DNA of 64,000 nucleotides from Octopus sinensis (Eukaryota). The stretch spans positions 23,932,001-23,996,000 of the forward strand of contig NC_043022.1 of the NCBI RefSeq assembly GCF_006345805.1, in the 5' to 3' direction. A program made the position numbers and the translations under genes. The notes beneath the pieces are model-generated. The model did not search any database. It was not told where the DNA came from and worked only from the letters and a program-made list of their open reading frames with translations. Below, piece by piece: positions 41,322 to 54,694 of this stretch; the first letter of the stretch is position 1, and every line of letters starts with the position of its first letter.

Positions 41322-41446
41322 TTTCGGTAAAAGTACATGACGTCACGAGTGAGTGTGTGACGTTGCTATATTTTTCATCTACTCGACAGAACTGAACTTT
41401 CAAATGCATTCTCACTCTTGACAAACGTCATGTACTGATACCGAAA
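41322..41446. repeat. Imperfect inverted repeat / fold-back
   Basis: TTTCGGTAAAAGTACATGACGT..CACGAGTGAG pairs with CTCACTCTTG..ACGTCATGTACTGATACCGAAA. Confidence 0.8.
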
Positions 41447-41726
41447 CATTGCCCCCACCCCACTTTCATTACCGCTACCACTGCAACCACTGACAAAGGT
41501 TAACAATACCACAATCACCACCAACGTCACCACCCGTCGTCATCATCATCATCATCATCATCACTACTTTCAACATCATCAACACTCATCACCACCATCA
41601 CTACCATCTCCACCATTACCATCGCCTCGCCACTGCCAACACCGCCTCACCATAACCACTTCTCCCTATACAGCCATTTACCAATACTACTACTACCACC
41701 ATCACCACCACCCTCACCATCACTAC

Positions 41727-41955
41727 CTATTTCCTTCCTACCCACAAGGGGCTAAACACAGAGGGGACAAACAAGGACAGGTAAACGGATGAAGTCGATT
41801 ATATCGACCCCAGTGCGCAACTGGTACTTATTCAATCGACCCCGAAAGAATGAAAGGCAAAGTCGACCTCGGCGGAATTTGAACTCAGAACGTAGCGGCA
41901 GACGAAGTACCGCTAAACATTTCGCCCGGCGTGCTAACGTTTCTGCCAGCTCGCC
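41727..41955 (-). mobile_element. Family-B SINE flanked by ~137-bp direct repeats
   Basis: 41590-41726 is repeated at ~41955-42092. Confidence 0.92.
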
Positions 41956-42483
41956 ACCACCATCACTACCATCTCCACCGTTACCATCGCCTCGCCACTG
42001 CCAACACCGCCTCACCATAACTACCTCTCCCTATACAGCCATTTACCAATACTACTACTACCACCACCACCATCACCACCATCACCACTACCAATATCAC
42101 TACCAGCACCACCGTTTCAGTAGCACCACCGCTTCCATATCCGATTCGTTATGTCGGGTGGATTGTTCGCTGTGTTGGTCGTGTGTGGGTTTTGTTTTAT
42201 ATTTATTTAAATCGCTGCTGTTGTTGGTTGTATTTCCTTACCTTGTTTTTCTGCCATTACAAGTAGTATATATGTCATTGCAAACATCCACCAAATAACC
42301 CAGCAAGCTTCTTGTCGGTGCTGCTGCTGTTGTTGTTGCTGTAGTTGTCCCTCTTCTTCTTCTTCTTCTTCTTCTTCTTCTTCTTCTTCTTCTTCTTCTT
42401 CTTCTCCTCCTCCTCCTCCTCCTCCTTCTTCTTCCTCCTCCTCCCCTCCCCTTCTTATAATAATAATAATGATAATAATAATA

Positions 42484-42530
<47 letters not shown>

Positions 42531-42942
42531 CCTTCTCGTCCTCCTTTCTTTCTTTCCTTCTTCCTTTCTTTCTTTCCTTTTCTTCTTCTCCTGTTACCCT
42601 TCTCAATTTCATCATATAATTTGTTATTTGTTGTCCAAAACTGCTTCATTTTGACCCCCGACATACTTTTTCTTTTCCTTTTTCTTTTTTCAACATGACG
42701 TTGAAATTTTTTTTTTTTTTTTTCGTTCCTTTTATTTAATCATGTTTCTATTTTCTCTCAAAGTCTAAATATGCGTACGTGCGTGTCTGCGCAGCGCGTA
42801 TATGTGTATGTGAGCGAGCGCGCATACACTTGCACACACACACACATACACACACACACGCACAAACACACACATATAAACACTCACACTTATACACCCA
42901 AATGCCCTTACAAAATATATCAACATATATACATAAATGTGC

Positions 42943-43004
<62 letters not shown>

Positions 43005-43052
43005 GTCTGTGTGCGTGTGTGTGTGTATACACACACACACACATATATACAT

Positions 43053-43380
43053 ACGGCTGTGTGGTAAGTAGCTTGCTTATCAACCACATGGTTATGGGTT
43101 CAGTCTCACTGCGTGGTACCTTGGGCAAGTGTCTTCTACTATAGCCTCGTGAGTCGATTTGGTAGACGGAAACTGTAAAAAGCCCGTCGTATATATATAT
43201 GTGTGTGTATATGTTTGACAACCGATGCTGTTGTATTTACGTAACCTAGCGGTTCGGCAAAAGAGACCGATAGAATAAGTACCAGGCTTCCAAAGAATAA
43301 GTCCTGGGGGCGATTTGCTTGACGAAAGGCGGTGCTCCAGCATGGCCGCAGTCAATTGACTGAAACAAGTAAAAGAGAAT
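43053..43380 (+). mobile_element. Family-A SINE
   Basis: Homology to other family-A copies. Confidence 0.9.
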
Positions 43381-44196
43381 AATAATAATTAATAATAATA
43401 AACAAGCAAGGTCAGATGCCTTCCACCTGTCTTTAGGTGATAAGACTTCGCAAGTCGAGGACACCCAGGTTAAAAATAACAACCAGCATCACCTGGTCCT
43501 TCGGGGACCTCCAGGGAGTCGTCAGTTCAATTGGTCTGGAGACCTCACACCAGGTGCCCGATCGCAACACAGCATTCTCTCTCACCACCGTTACCTACCA
43601 AGGGTGGGCGAGTAGGCCTTAAAAAAAGGGTCATAGGTGTTGCTCTTCTTTCTTTCAATGTATCATTAACAAAATGAAATACGCCCTTGCTAAACCACTG
43701 CGTGTGGTGTTCGGTTTTTTAGTGGGCTGAGCCCATCGTGGTTCACGGGTGTTTTTACATACCAAACGCCTGTCTTTTGTTGTACCATTGACAGCGGCTC
43801 CTACCCGCCACCCTAACACCACCACCATTACCTCCACCTGCAGTAGTCGCAGTAGCAGCACCCACCCTCATCACCACCAGCACCACTATTCTTGAAAACA
43901 CCCGCACCGCCAGCACGGCTGCCAACACCTCCGCCGTCACTACCACCCCCGATACCATTGTTGTTATACACGCCATCATTACCAACAATAACAGCGCCAC
44001 CATCACCACCGCTACTACCACTAAACACCACTACCATCACTGTGACCCCACCCCACCCCGCTTACCCCCACGCCCACCCAGTAGTTTCGATGTTCGCTGA
44101 TACACGATACACCGGTCCACCGCTGATCTCGGTTTCAGATCGGATCTGGTTTCAATGTAACAACATGGCATTTTGACATCTCCCATTGTGACTTGT

Positions 44197-44253
<57 letters not shown>

Positions 44254-44411
44254 ACTCAATCGCACGCGCACTCGCAGTCACACATACATGCATATGCACA
44301 TACAAATATAGACACTCACAGTCACACATATACGTGCCCGCAGACAGACATATACATATATACGTTTGTGTGTGTATATATATAGGAATATATATATATG
44401 CATATTATATC

Positions 44412-44442
<31 letters not shown>

Positions 44443-44491
44443 CTATATATATGTACATATATATGTATATATATATATATTATATATATTG

Positions 44492-44532
<41 letters not shown>

Positions 44533-44883
44533 ACACATATCTATAATATATACACATATCTATATCTATATATATATATATATACTATATATATATATTA
44601 TTCATATATATATATATACACATATAATATTCATATATATATTATATATACACATATATATATTCATAATATATATATACACACATAATATATATATTTA
44701 TGCATATATATGCCTATATACGAAGTTCGTAATATGGCTATACAAGCGATCACTTATATGAATACACACATGCACATACACAGTTTTTATAAATTAAGCA
44801 TGTGTAGATCGCAACACTTTCTCAGATGGCTGTGACATTGGTCTAAAATTTAGACTCTAAATGATAAATCTCCTCTCCCCCCT

Positions 44884-44919
<36 letters not shown>

Positions 44920-44979
44920 GATTTGAGTTGGCTCAACCCAAGAAAGTCACACTAAACGTGTACATGTTTGTGACTGTGC

Positions 44980-45209
44980 AAGGCGGTGAGTTGGCAGAAA
45001 TGTTAGCGCGCCGGGCGAAATGCTTAGCGATATTTCGTCTGCCGTTACGTTCTGAGTTCAAATTCCGCCGAGGTCGACTTTGCCTTTCATCCTTTCGGGG
45101 TCGATTAAATAAGTACCAGTTGCACACTGGGGTCGATGTAATCGACTTAATCCCTTTGTCTGTCCTTGTTTGTCCCCTGTGTTTAGCCCCTTGTGGGGAG
45201 TAAAGAAAC
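44980..45209 (+). mobile_element. Full-length family-B SINE
   Basis: 15-bp TSD ATGTTTGTGACTGTG (44964-44978 / 45216-45230). Confidence 0.93.
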
Positions 45210-45361
45210 ATATATATGTTTGTGACTGTGAGTGTGAGTGTTTGTGTATGTTAATAAGTGTGTGAATGAAATGATGTATTTACCGATGAGACAGTTCCTG
45301 TTTCTGGAAACCGAACTCGCGACTTGCTTCATCAGCCAGCTTCTACAAACACAACCTAGAG

Positions 45362-45782
45362 CAGGGATTCTCAATCATATTTCCCCTATGGACCCATTTT
45401 GATTCAGGTGGACCCTCCTAGCCATTTAATGTTTACAAAAATCCTACTCTTTTACTTGTTTCAGTCATTTGACTGTGGCCATGCTGGAGCACCGGCTTTT
45501 AGTCGAGCAAATTGACCCCAGGACTTATTCTTTGTAAGCCTAGTACTTATTCTATCGGTCTGTTTTGCCGAATCGCTAAGTTACGAGGACATAAACACCC
45601 CAGCATCGGTTGTCAAGCGATGTTGGGGGTACAAACAGACACACATACATACATACATACATACATACATGCATACATGCATACACACACACACACACAT
45701 ACACACACACAACACACACACACACATACATACATACATACATACATACATACATACATACATACATACATACATACATACA

Positions 45783-45814
<32 letters not shown>

Positions 45815-46371
45815 CGACGGACTTTTTTCAGTTTCCGTCTACCAAATCAACTCACAAAGCTTTGGTCGGCCCGAGGCTATAGTAGAAGACACTTGCCCAA
45901 GGTGCCACGCAGTGGGACTGAACCCGGAACCATGTGATTGGTAAGGAAGCTACTTACCACACAGCCACTCCTACGCCTATTATATTTTTATGATTAATAT
46001 TGGTTTCAAATTTCGGTACAAAGCCAGCAATTTCTGGGGACGTGATAAATCGACTACATCGACCCCAGTGCCTAACTAGTGCTTATTTTATCGACCTTCA
46101 AAGGATGAAGGGCAAAGTCGACCTCGGTGGAATTTTGAACTCAGAACGTAAAGATGGCCGAAAGGCCGCTAAGCATTTTGTCCGGCGTTTTGTTCTAATA
46201 TTTAACACAATATTAGGAATTGTGTTAAAAAAATAAATTACATAACATATTTGATTTTTTTCTATAAAATTACTTATGATATTAGTATAACCAATTTTTG
46301 CAGATGAATTTTAACATCAAAATCTTATATGGACCCTCAATGGTCAAATGGACCTTGGTTGAAAACCACGG
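45362..46371. mobile_element. hAT (Charlie-like) MITE split by two SINE insertions
   Basis: Ends CAGGGATTCTCAA / GTTGAAAACCACGG with subterminal TGGACCC motifs on both sides. Confidence 0.6.
45447..45978 (-). mobile_element. Family-A SINE with (TACA)n expansion
   Basis: Full length; a family-B copy follows at 46000-46190. Confidence 0.92.
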
Positions 46372-46709
46372 GTCAATAACAATAGCACAACTCAACCTCA
46401 CTAGTCAGCTTGTTTTTCCATTGGTCACTGTTTCAAGTCTGGTTCTTGTTTTGGTATAAAAGATGGGTTACAGCAAATATTCTGCTCAATACCATAGGTT
46501 TGCTTTGTCAGTTGCTTGACCTTAACCAGTTGAGCATGTCCTTTGGTGGCTGACGATATGTGCATCTCTGATCACGAGCAGAAGTAATGGGGGAGCATCA
46601 TAACCATATGTTGAGAGTAATTCTTTAATGTTTGAATAATTTGTGTGTATGTGTGTGTGTGTCTTTTTGTCTCTGTTTATCGCCCCATCACCGCTTGATA
46701 ACCGGTGAT

Positions 46710-47250
46710 GATGCGTTTACGCCCCCGTAGCTTAACGGTTCGGCAAAGAGAACCAATATACTTTTAAAAAAAAGTACTCCGGTCGATTTATTCGACTAAA
46801 ATTCCTAAAGGCGGTGCCCCAGCATGGCCGCAATCAAATGACTAAAACAAGTAAAAGATAAAATATATAAGATTCATATATTCAGGACACTCCCCCCGCT
46901 CCACTCGACCCGATCATGTCCAACCAACAGCGCCCCCGGTTATCAATAATCAGTAACTGCTCAACCCAGACCATCTCTTGGTGTGTTTACGCCCCCGTAA
47001 CTTAGCGGTTCAGCAAAAGGAACCGATAGACTTTAAAAAAAAGTAATACGGTCAATTCATTCGACTGAAGATTCCTAAAGGCGGTGCCCCAGCTTGGCCG
47101 CAATCAAATGACTGAAACCAGTAAAAGAATAAATATAAAAGATTCATATATTCAGGACATTACCCCCGCTCCACTCGAATCGATCATATCCGACCAACAG
47201 CGCCCCCTTTTATCAATAAACGGCAACTGCTCAACCCCAAACCGTCTCTT
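46710..47250 (+). repeat. Tandem duplication (~270 bp x2) of a SINE tail plus unique flank
   Basis: Units 46710-46979 and 46980-47250 share private variants and the flank GATTCATATATTCAGGACA...CAGCGCCCCC...AACTGCTCAACCC. Confidence 0.9.
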
Positions 47251-48427
47251 ACATGACCCAATAACGCCAAATGACTTTTTATTTAGGACAACAAAGAAGA
47301 CGATGCCCAGAAGACAAAAAAGAAACAGTTCTGTGCAAGAAATAATTGTTTGTATGTCTTTGTGACACGGTGTGGTTAATAAATTATATTTTATATGTGT
47401 GTCAACCTGCATCGGCTCCGCTACACGCATGTATACATACAAACATACGCACACGCTTTCTCAGATAGGTCATCACTTTCTCGCTCTTTCTCATAAATAT
47501 ACACGCACGCAAGCTCCCTGTTCCAGTCTTACTCTTAGACGAACACACACACATACATACATACATACATACATACATACATACACACATAATTTCTCAA
47601 ATACACCATTAGTTTCTCGCTTCACTCCTTCATATAAGCATACACGCACAGTCCCTTCTTTCTCTTTTACACACACACACACTTTCTCTCTGAAAGACAC
47701 CTCCCAGCACTCCCTTGTTCTTTTTTCTAAACATACATGCACACAATTCTTTCTTGTACTTCCACACACATATACATAGACACACACTCACACACACACA
47801 CACACACACACACAAACCTTTGTCAGTGGTTGCAGTGGTAGCGGTAATGAAAGTGGGGTGGGGGCATCTTTTCTCTCTCTCTCTCACCTCCATTGTTCTC
47901 ACTCTCATCTTCCCACTCGAATATTGATCTGTTGACCCCACACACACATTCGCAGCCCTCTCCACCGTCCTATCGTTCCCTCAACACCATCATTAACACT
48001 CACTCCATCGAGACACTTTATAATTATTCTCACTTACTTCATGGTCTGACAAATATGTAACACAAAATTACAAAAAATTTTTTTAATAAGTGTGTATCGT
48101 GAAAGACAGGCAGTGTGCTGTACCGACAGCATGCGCCAACCCCTTCGTAAATAAATAAAGGAATAAATAAATAAATTAATTAATTAATAGATCTATCCAT
48201 ATATTTTTATATTCATGCATACGAAAATGTATCGCATCTAACTTCTGCTGAATATTGAAGAAGAGTGATCAAAACTTAATATCAATCATTAGTCCTTTCA
48301 ATCACGCGATTTCCAGTAATTCAGACAGCTTCATGGTTCCAGCAGACAAAATGGAAACGGCGCTGCCTCTGAGGATTGTGAGAGAGATGCATGAAATATT
48401 TAATTCTGAATTTCAAACTGACAGGCC

Positions 48428-48736
48428 CTAGTTCTCCCATTGGTTCCCCTCGCCAAGCGAGCACCACCATCCCCATCTTATGCGCGTTACATAACCCTCA
48501 TCTTCCAAGCTGCAGCTAGTTGCGATATATCGTTGCCAGGACCGAACGTGACCAGCATGTATCCATAAAGCTCGCAAAGCAGACCAACCAGCCAACCTCT
48601 GCGATATTGTCTCCCGCACGACCGCTCGTGTCGTTAACTGGCATTTCGCAATGCCCCACTTCTTCCGGCGAGAGTCACGGCAGGGTGTCGAAGTAGGCGT
48701 TAAAACCCCACCACCGTCTCCAGTCCACCGCTTCTC
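48428..48736 (-). other. CpG-rich unique island with a 102-codon open frame; possible exon
   Basis: Acceptor CTTTGCGTTACTGTTTAG, then EKRWTGDGGGVLTP...GEGNQWEN*; no homology recognised. Confidence 0.25.
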
Positions 48737-49781
48737 CTAAACAGTAACGCAAAGTATCACTGACGAAAGCTTATTCATCTGAAATTCTATAGCACGCGTC
48801 CCTTGTGATCCGTCAAAAATCCAGTTGTGGCTTTGTTATCACGTCACGCCTCCGTCGTTCGGGTCCACTGAATCAGCTTTCATTTTCTCCTGTCTAAGAT
48901 CGCTCGTCTTAGCTCAAACAAAACAACTTGCGTGTTTCACGTCAAAGAAATTGTCGAGCACCATATTTCCTGCTTGCTTGTCGGCTGCAATATTTTCCCC
49001 TAACAGCCATTTCTAATCTATTCATTGCTTCCATTTCTACTCTTTCTTTTCTCTTACTACTTCTTTTGTTCCACCTCATCTATATTCTCCGCTAATATTT
49101 CTCTTTAAGTAAAAGCAACCTAGTTATTGACCCTGACCAAAGGCATTCCAGCCACGACCATCTCGATAGTTTTCTTTAAATCAGATATTGTATTGTAATC
49201 AGGACAACATTGTCCAACGTGTTTAAAAGGTGTCCCTTTTAAAAACTGGTAGGGTGTCATTTGAGGGCGGATTGGTTGCTATTTTCAGCAAGTTTAACGA
49301 ATGTGTTGGGAGATTCTCTTTAACTTCTCTCTGATTAGTATGGGCTTTTGTAACTAATTCACTGATGGATCTCCGTCATTCAACGACGAGGATTCACTTG
49401 TTCTATCAACTGAATTACCTACCCTTGAATTAACGTGTAAGTCGCTGAGTATTCCAGAGACATATATACGTTTAACATAATTCTCGGACAGAATCAGTGT
49501 GACACATTATGTGACGAAGGTGTCCCTTTCTAACCACAGCTAAAAGCTTCTGTGCAGTCTACCCAATTTCACTTACAAGGAATGAGCCGGACCGAGCCTT
49601 AGAAAGCTATATTAGCCTGAGATACCATGCAGTAAGATGGAAACCAGGTATTTGTAGTTACGAAGCAAACTTCTTAACGATTCCGAGTGACGAGGAGCAT
49701 TTAGTCATACTCAACTGGAACCCGCGTCGTCGTAACCGGCGAAGTGCCGTAGTTTTATATATGTATATATATATACATATA

Positions 49782-50005
49782 GTGAGAATTTACAAAAAAC
49801 AAAACAAAAAAAAAAACAAATGACGAAGATGGGTGTGTAAACAACAAGCTAATGTATTAATTAGTTTAACGCTTGGGAAGTGAGAAAGTCTTTTACGTTT
49901 CGAGCCTACGCTCTTCAACAGAAAAGAACACAGAAATAAGCAGAGAGAGAAAATAAAAAAGGTTTAGTAGCTATCGATCTATCATGGCGAATGCTGGACA
50001 GAGGG

Positions 50006-50008
<3 letters not shown>
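49782..50008 (-). mobile_element. Penelope-like mini-element with minimal hammerhead-like core, inside (TA)n
   Basis: Minus strand CTTTT-CTGTTGA-A-GAGCGTAGGCTC-GAAACGTA-AAAG. Confidence 0.62.
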
Positions 50009-50068
<60 letters not shown>

Positions 50069-50070
<2 letters not shown>

Positions 50071-50393
50071 TAAAGGTAAAGACCCCCTTCGGTCATGAGC
50101 CATGGGATTGCACCTAGGAAGTTACCCTCCAAGACACAAGTCCGGGCAAGGTTGTTTATGGAAGGCCAGCAGTCGCCCATGCATACCAGCCTCCCCTCTC
50201 CACGCCACCAGTGTTATCCAAGGGAAAGGCAAAGGGGCCGATACAGCTTGGCACCTGTGACGTCGCAACTCATTTCTACAGCTGAGTGAACTGGAGCAAC
50301 GTGAAATAAAGTGCCTTGCTCGAGAACACAACACGCAGCCCAGTCCGGGTATCGAGCTCACAACCTCACGATCGTAAGCTCGACGCTCTAACC
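50069..50393 (-). mobile_element. Family-C' SINE with (CTTTAC)n tail
   Basis: tRNA head GGTTAGAGCGTCGAGC...; tail CTTTACCTTTACC resembles RTE/BovB-type 3' repeats. Confidence 0.85.
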
Positions 50394-50518
50394 TCTATAC
50401 ATACATATAGCCGAAATTGCGAGGATGATCCGGTTCTTGACTGAAGATTAGAGGCTTCAAATGACCCATCCGTGTTTTTTGTACCGTCTATTGAATGTTT
50501 TGCGTTCTTGTCCCATTT

Positions 50519-50556
<38 letters not shown>

Positions 50557-50578
50557 TATATATATATATATATCTGTA

Positions 50579-50650
<72 letters not shown>

Positions 50651-50688
50651 ATATATATATATATATTATATATATCTGTATCTATCTA

Positions 50689-50731
<43 letters not shown>

Positions 50732-51013
50732 GTATCTATATACGTTTATGAATTTGTGTTGCCATACTCCTGATATGAAATCGTGTGTTGAAACAGATAC
50801 TGTTGCATTTCGGGATGGTCTTTTTTTTTGCCAACTAAACACACTATGTACTTGATCTTCATTCGTTTATTACTGTTCTTATTCTAACTCATGTCCATTG
50901 TCCGGAAATATTTCGTCACACATCTGTGACCACTTCAGCGACACTTTCGGCTTGTATGTGCTCTTGCTCCACTTATTTCATTCTCATATATATATATATA
51001 TATATACATATAT

Positions 51014-51095
51014 AACGATTCTGCCAGAGAGTGAATGCCGCCGGGGTCGACTTTACTTTTCATCTTTTCGGTGTCGATAAAATAAGCAGCAGGTA

Positions 51096-51150
<55 letters not shown>

Positions 51151-51205
51151 AATATATAATATATATATAATATTATATATATAATATATATATTATATAT
51201 ATATA

Positions 51206-51247
<42 letters not shown>

Positions 51248-51248
51248 A

Positions 51249-51281
<33 letters not shown>

Positions 51282-51408
51282 TATATATATAGATATATAG
51301 AATTATATATATATATATATATTATATACCTGCTGCTTATTTTATCAACACCGAAAAGATGAAAAGTAAAGTCGACCCCGGCGGCATTCACTCTCTGGCA
51401 GAATCGTT
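51014..51408. repeat. 82-bp inverted repeat (1 mismatch) flanking (TA)n
   Basis: 51014-51095 is the reverse complement of 51327-51408; the arms are SINE-B derived. Confidence 0.92.
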
Positions 51409-52235
51409 GTTAGTAGCGTACCAGACAAAATGTTTAAGCGACATTTCGTTCGTCTTTATGTACTAAGTTCAAATTCTGCCGAGGCCGACTTTGGCAGGGG
51501 GGTGGGTGAGAAGGTCGACACAATGGACTTACTCCCTCCGCAGAACTTGCTGGTTTTTGGATATACAAAAAAAAGAAAAACGGCAGTATGGTCAAGTGTA
51601 GACCATTTAATCTCATTTATTAGTCTTCTCAATCAGAGAGCTAACCTCACTCGTCACTCTCTGCTACTCCTTGCTTTTTATTTAAACTCTTCTTCCCATT
51701 TACCCCGTTCTTACTCTCTCTCTTTCTCTCTCCTGCCTTCTCCGTCTCTGTCTCATACTTTCCCTCCCTTCTTTATTCTCTCCTACACCCCTTCCTCTAC
51801 CTCTTATAAATGCCATATTTTGCCCTCCTTCCTTTATCCCCCAATTACATTCAGTGGAATAAATACTGCGATTTCCTCACACCTCTACTCACACACTGAG
51901 GAATTGATTTTTTTAACAATACCTCATCTCGTCTGGAACTGATGTCGCTAACATGACGAAACCTCTTCGCATTATTCTTTATCTAATTTTTGCTCTGTAA
52001 ATTCCTTCCTCATTCTTGTTTGACACAATCACATCTGCTTTTTTTTTCTAATGCAAATATGTGTTTATATATGTGTGTATGTGTGTTTGTTTTATGTGTA
52101 TGTGAGTGTCTGTGTCTGAATGTATGTTTATATGTATGCATGTTATATGGATATACGTATGCACGCATGCCTGTATGTATGTATCGTGCATGTGCATTTC
52201 TGCATGTATGCAATCATCTCTCTCTCTCTCTCTGC

Positions 52236-52307
<72 letters not shown>

Positions 52308-53549
52308 GCGTTCATGTACATCGTATATAATATATATATACAATATATATAATATATATATATATATATATGTGTATATTGTATTACATATGTGCGTGTA
52401 TGTATATATATATATATATGTATGTTCATATATATGTGTATGCATGTGGTGTGTATGCTTATATATTATATATATAAAGATATACATATATATATATATA
52501 TCATATATCACATAACATGTATATATATATATATATATCATATATCACATAACATGTGTATACATATGCATGTATATATGTATGTGTGTGTATCTGTATC
52601 TCTATAGGTCTATACACACACAAAAACAAGCATATGAGTAAATGTTTGAATTACATAAAAACAATCACTGACTGAATAAGATATTCAATGCTTGTGTTGA
52701 GTCTAACAAATATTATAATTTTGTTGACAGTGACTTCGGAGTTTCATGCATCATAGCTTGATCAAACTTTAAGGTGAAATACACTTGACTGCTATTTAGT
52801 GGGAGGATGGAAATGATTAAAATGAAAGGGTTTAAGTGTTGAAAAAAGGTCGGAACAATGACTAAGGCCAGTACAATAATTTTTGTTTGAAGGTCTGGAT
52901 AGGGAGTGATAGTCTGGGGGTTGGGGCTTGAAATATTTGTTGAAGAGATGTATTGGAGTCATAAATATTAGAAGTAGGTATTCAGAAAGGTACACTATAT
53001 CAACATGAACATGGGATTCACTGGTCGAAGAAAGATATTTCGTCGTGCAAGGAGGTACTATCTTTTGTAACGTGACTTTTCCATTCCTTCTTTCTGTTGA
53101 ATAGTGTGAAGTCAAGTCGCTCTTTCTGACCTTCAGTGTTTCTATATTTCTAAACGATACTATGTTGTTGCTGATGGTCATGGTGATCGTTGCTGTTCAT
53201 ATTACGTTTTCCATTCAAGTAAATATTTTCAAAATTACGTTTTTGCATCTGTCATTCTGCATTGTAAATTCTACCAAATGGCAATATTGTACTACTCTGC
53301 ACTCTGTCATTTGGTAACATTGTAATAATGAGAATCTATCTTTTGATATCATTATAATAACTACGAGGGCGCGTGTTCCACTTACAGTCTTGAGATCGTG
53401 GGATCGATTCATGAGTCGAGCGATGCGTTGTGTTCCTGAGCAAAATAACTCAGCTTATGTGGCTCTGCAATCATTTCAGTATCTGACGTGTGGCACAATG
53501 TGCCTGGACAGATAATGGCGATATTATGGACAGAGTAATCTCATGGACA

Positions 53550-53925
53550 GCGCGACAGGAGAATCTTGCTTCCCAACCACATGGTTCCGGGTTCAGGCCC
53601 ACTGCGTAGTACCTTGGGCCAGTGTTTATTTTCTATAGCCTCGGGCCAATCAAAGCCTTGTGACTGGATTTCACAAACGGAAACTGAAAGAAGCCCATCG
53701 CATATATCTATATACATCTGTGTGCGTGTGTGTGTGTTTGTGCCTTGGTACCACTTGACCATCGGTGTTGGTGTGTTTCTGTCCCCGTAACTTAGCAGTT
53801 CGGCAAAAAGGGCCGATAGAATAAGTATCAGGTTTAGCAAAATATGAGTACTGGGGTCGATTCATTCGACAAAATATTCCTCAATGTGGTGCCCCAGCAT
53901 GGCTGCAGTGAAATAACTGAAGCAA
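53550..53925 (+). mobile_element. Family-A SINE (preceded by a degenerate tRNA-SINE at 53366)
   Basis: Homology to other family-A copies. Confidence 0.85.
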
Positions 53926-54129
53926 GTGTATATATGTATGTGTGTGCGTGTATATGTGCGTGCGCATGTATCCATGTATGTATTTATATATATACATATA
54001 TATATGTGTGTATGCACGCGCGAATATATGTATATACATATATACATATATGTATGTATGTGCGCGCGCGCGTGCATGCACATATGTGTATATTCACATA
54101 TATATATGTATACATATATAAGTAAACAT

Positions 54130-54500
54130 GTTTATGTCAGGTCACTTTCGAGTGCTACTGGTAACATGTAACCCAGTACAACCTGTTGCATGGTCGGGTC
54201 GTCGTCAACTAAACCAGCAACCCCACCAAGCTTGCTTGGTGAGGAGGGTGTTTATTGGACACCCTGTGGGATGAAAAACAAAACCTGTCAAAGAGTGGAG
54301 GAACTCTTGAGAGTCAACGGCCATCCAATAAATGTCTTAATGCTGTATCATGCGCGGGGACATAGAAATAATCGGACTGAATACCCGATCGCGTGGTTAA
54401 ACCATTGGGAGTGAAGGACTCTTAGACTTTGTTAGGGCATCCTTCTAGGAGAAGGTAACTCAGGTAACTGGGATGACTCCGATATAAAACCTGCGGCTCA
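54130..54500 (+). mobile_element. LINE (probably RTE) 5' UTR-like repeat
   Basis: Second copy at 24748; contains GGCATCCTTCTAGGAGAAGGTAACTC, similar to RTE 5'-UTR motifs. Confidence 0.6.
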
Positions 54501-54694
54501 GTGGTTACCGATCATGTTGACTTATTCTTCTTTTCGGATTATGGCTTCTGTTGCTTAGTGAGTGGGATTGACTCAGTGCACAGCCTTTCCTCACTTTAAA
54601 AAAATCTTCTTGCACAGGCATTGCACGATAACAACATTGATTAAGCTTCGTGCAATAACCATACTCGATAACGAGGGGGCAGCCACCATAAGTA

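Noticed and set aside
44064-44195. Possible minus-strand exon ending GG|GTAAGC
   Set aside because: No acceptor (runs out of (GT)n) and no recognisable peptide.
48760-48810. CTGACGA...GAAA hammerhead-like motif
   Set aside because: Stems II and III cannot be formed convincingly.
52792-53181. 129-aa ORF vaguely like a LINE endonuclease (DIVYLSE)
   Set aside because: A single short motif is insufficient.
54135-54215. HDV-like ribozyme at the putative RTE 5' end (GGTAA-CATGTAAC/GTTGCATG P4-like stem)
   Set aside because: Could not build P1/P3/P2 or place the catalytic C.
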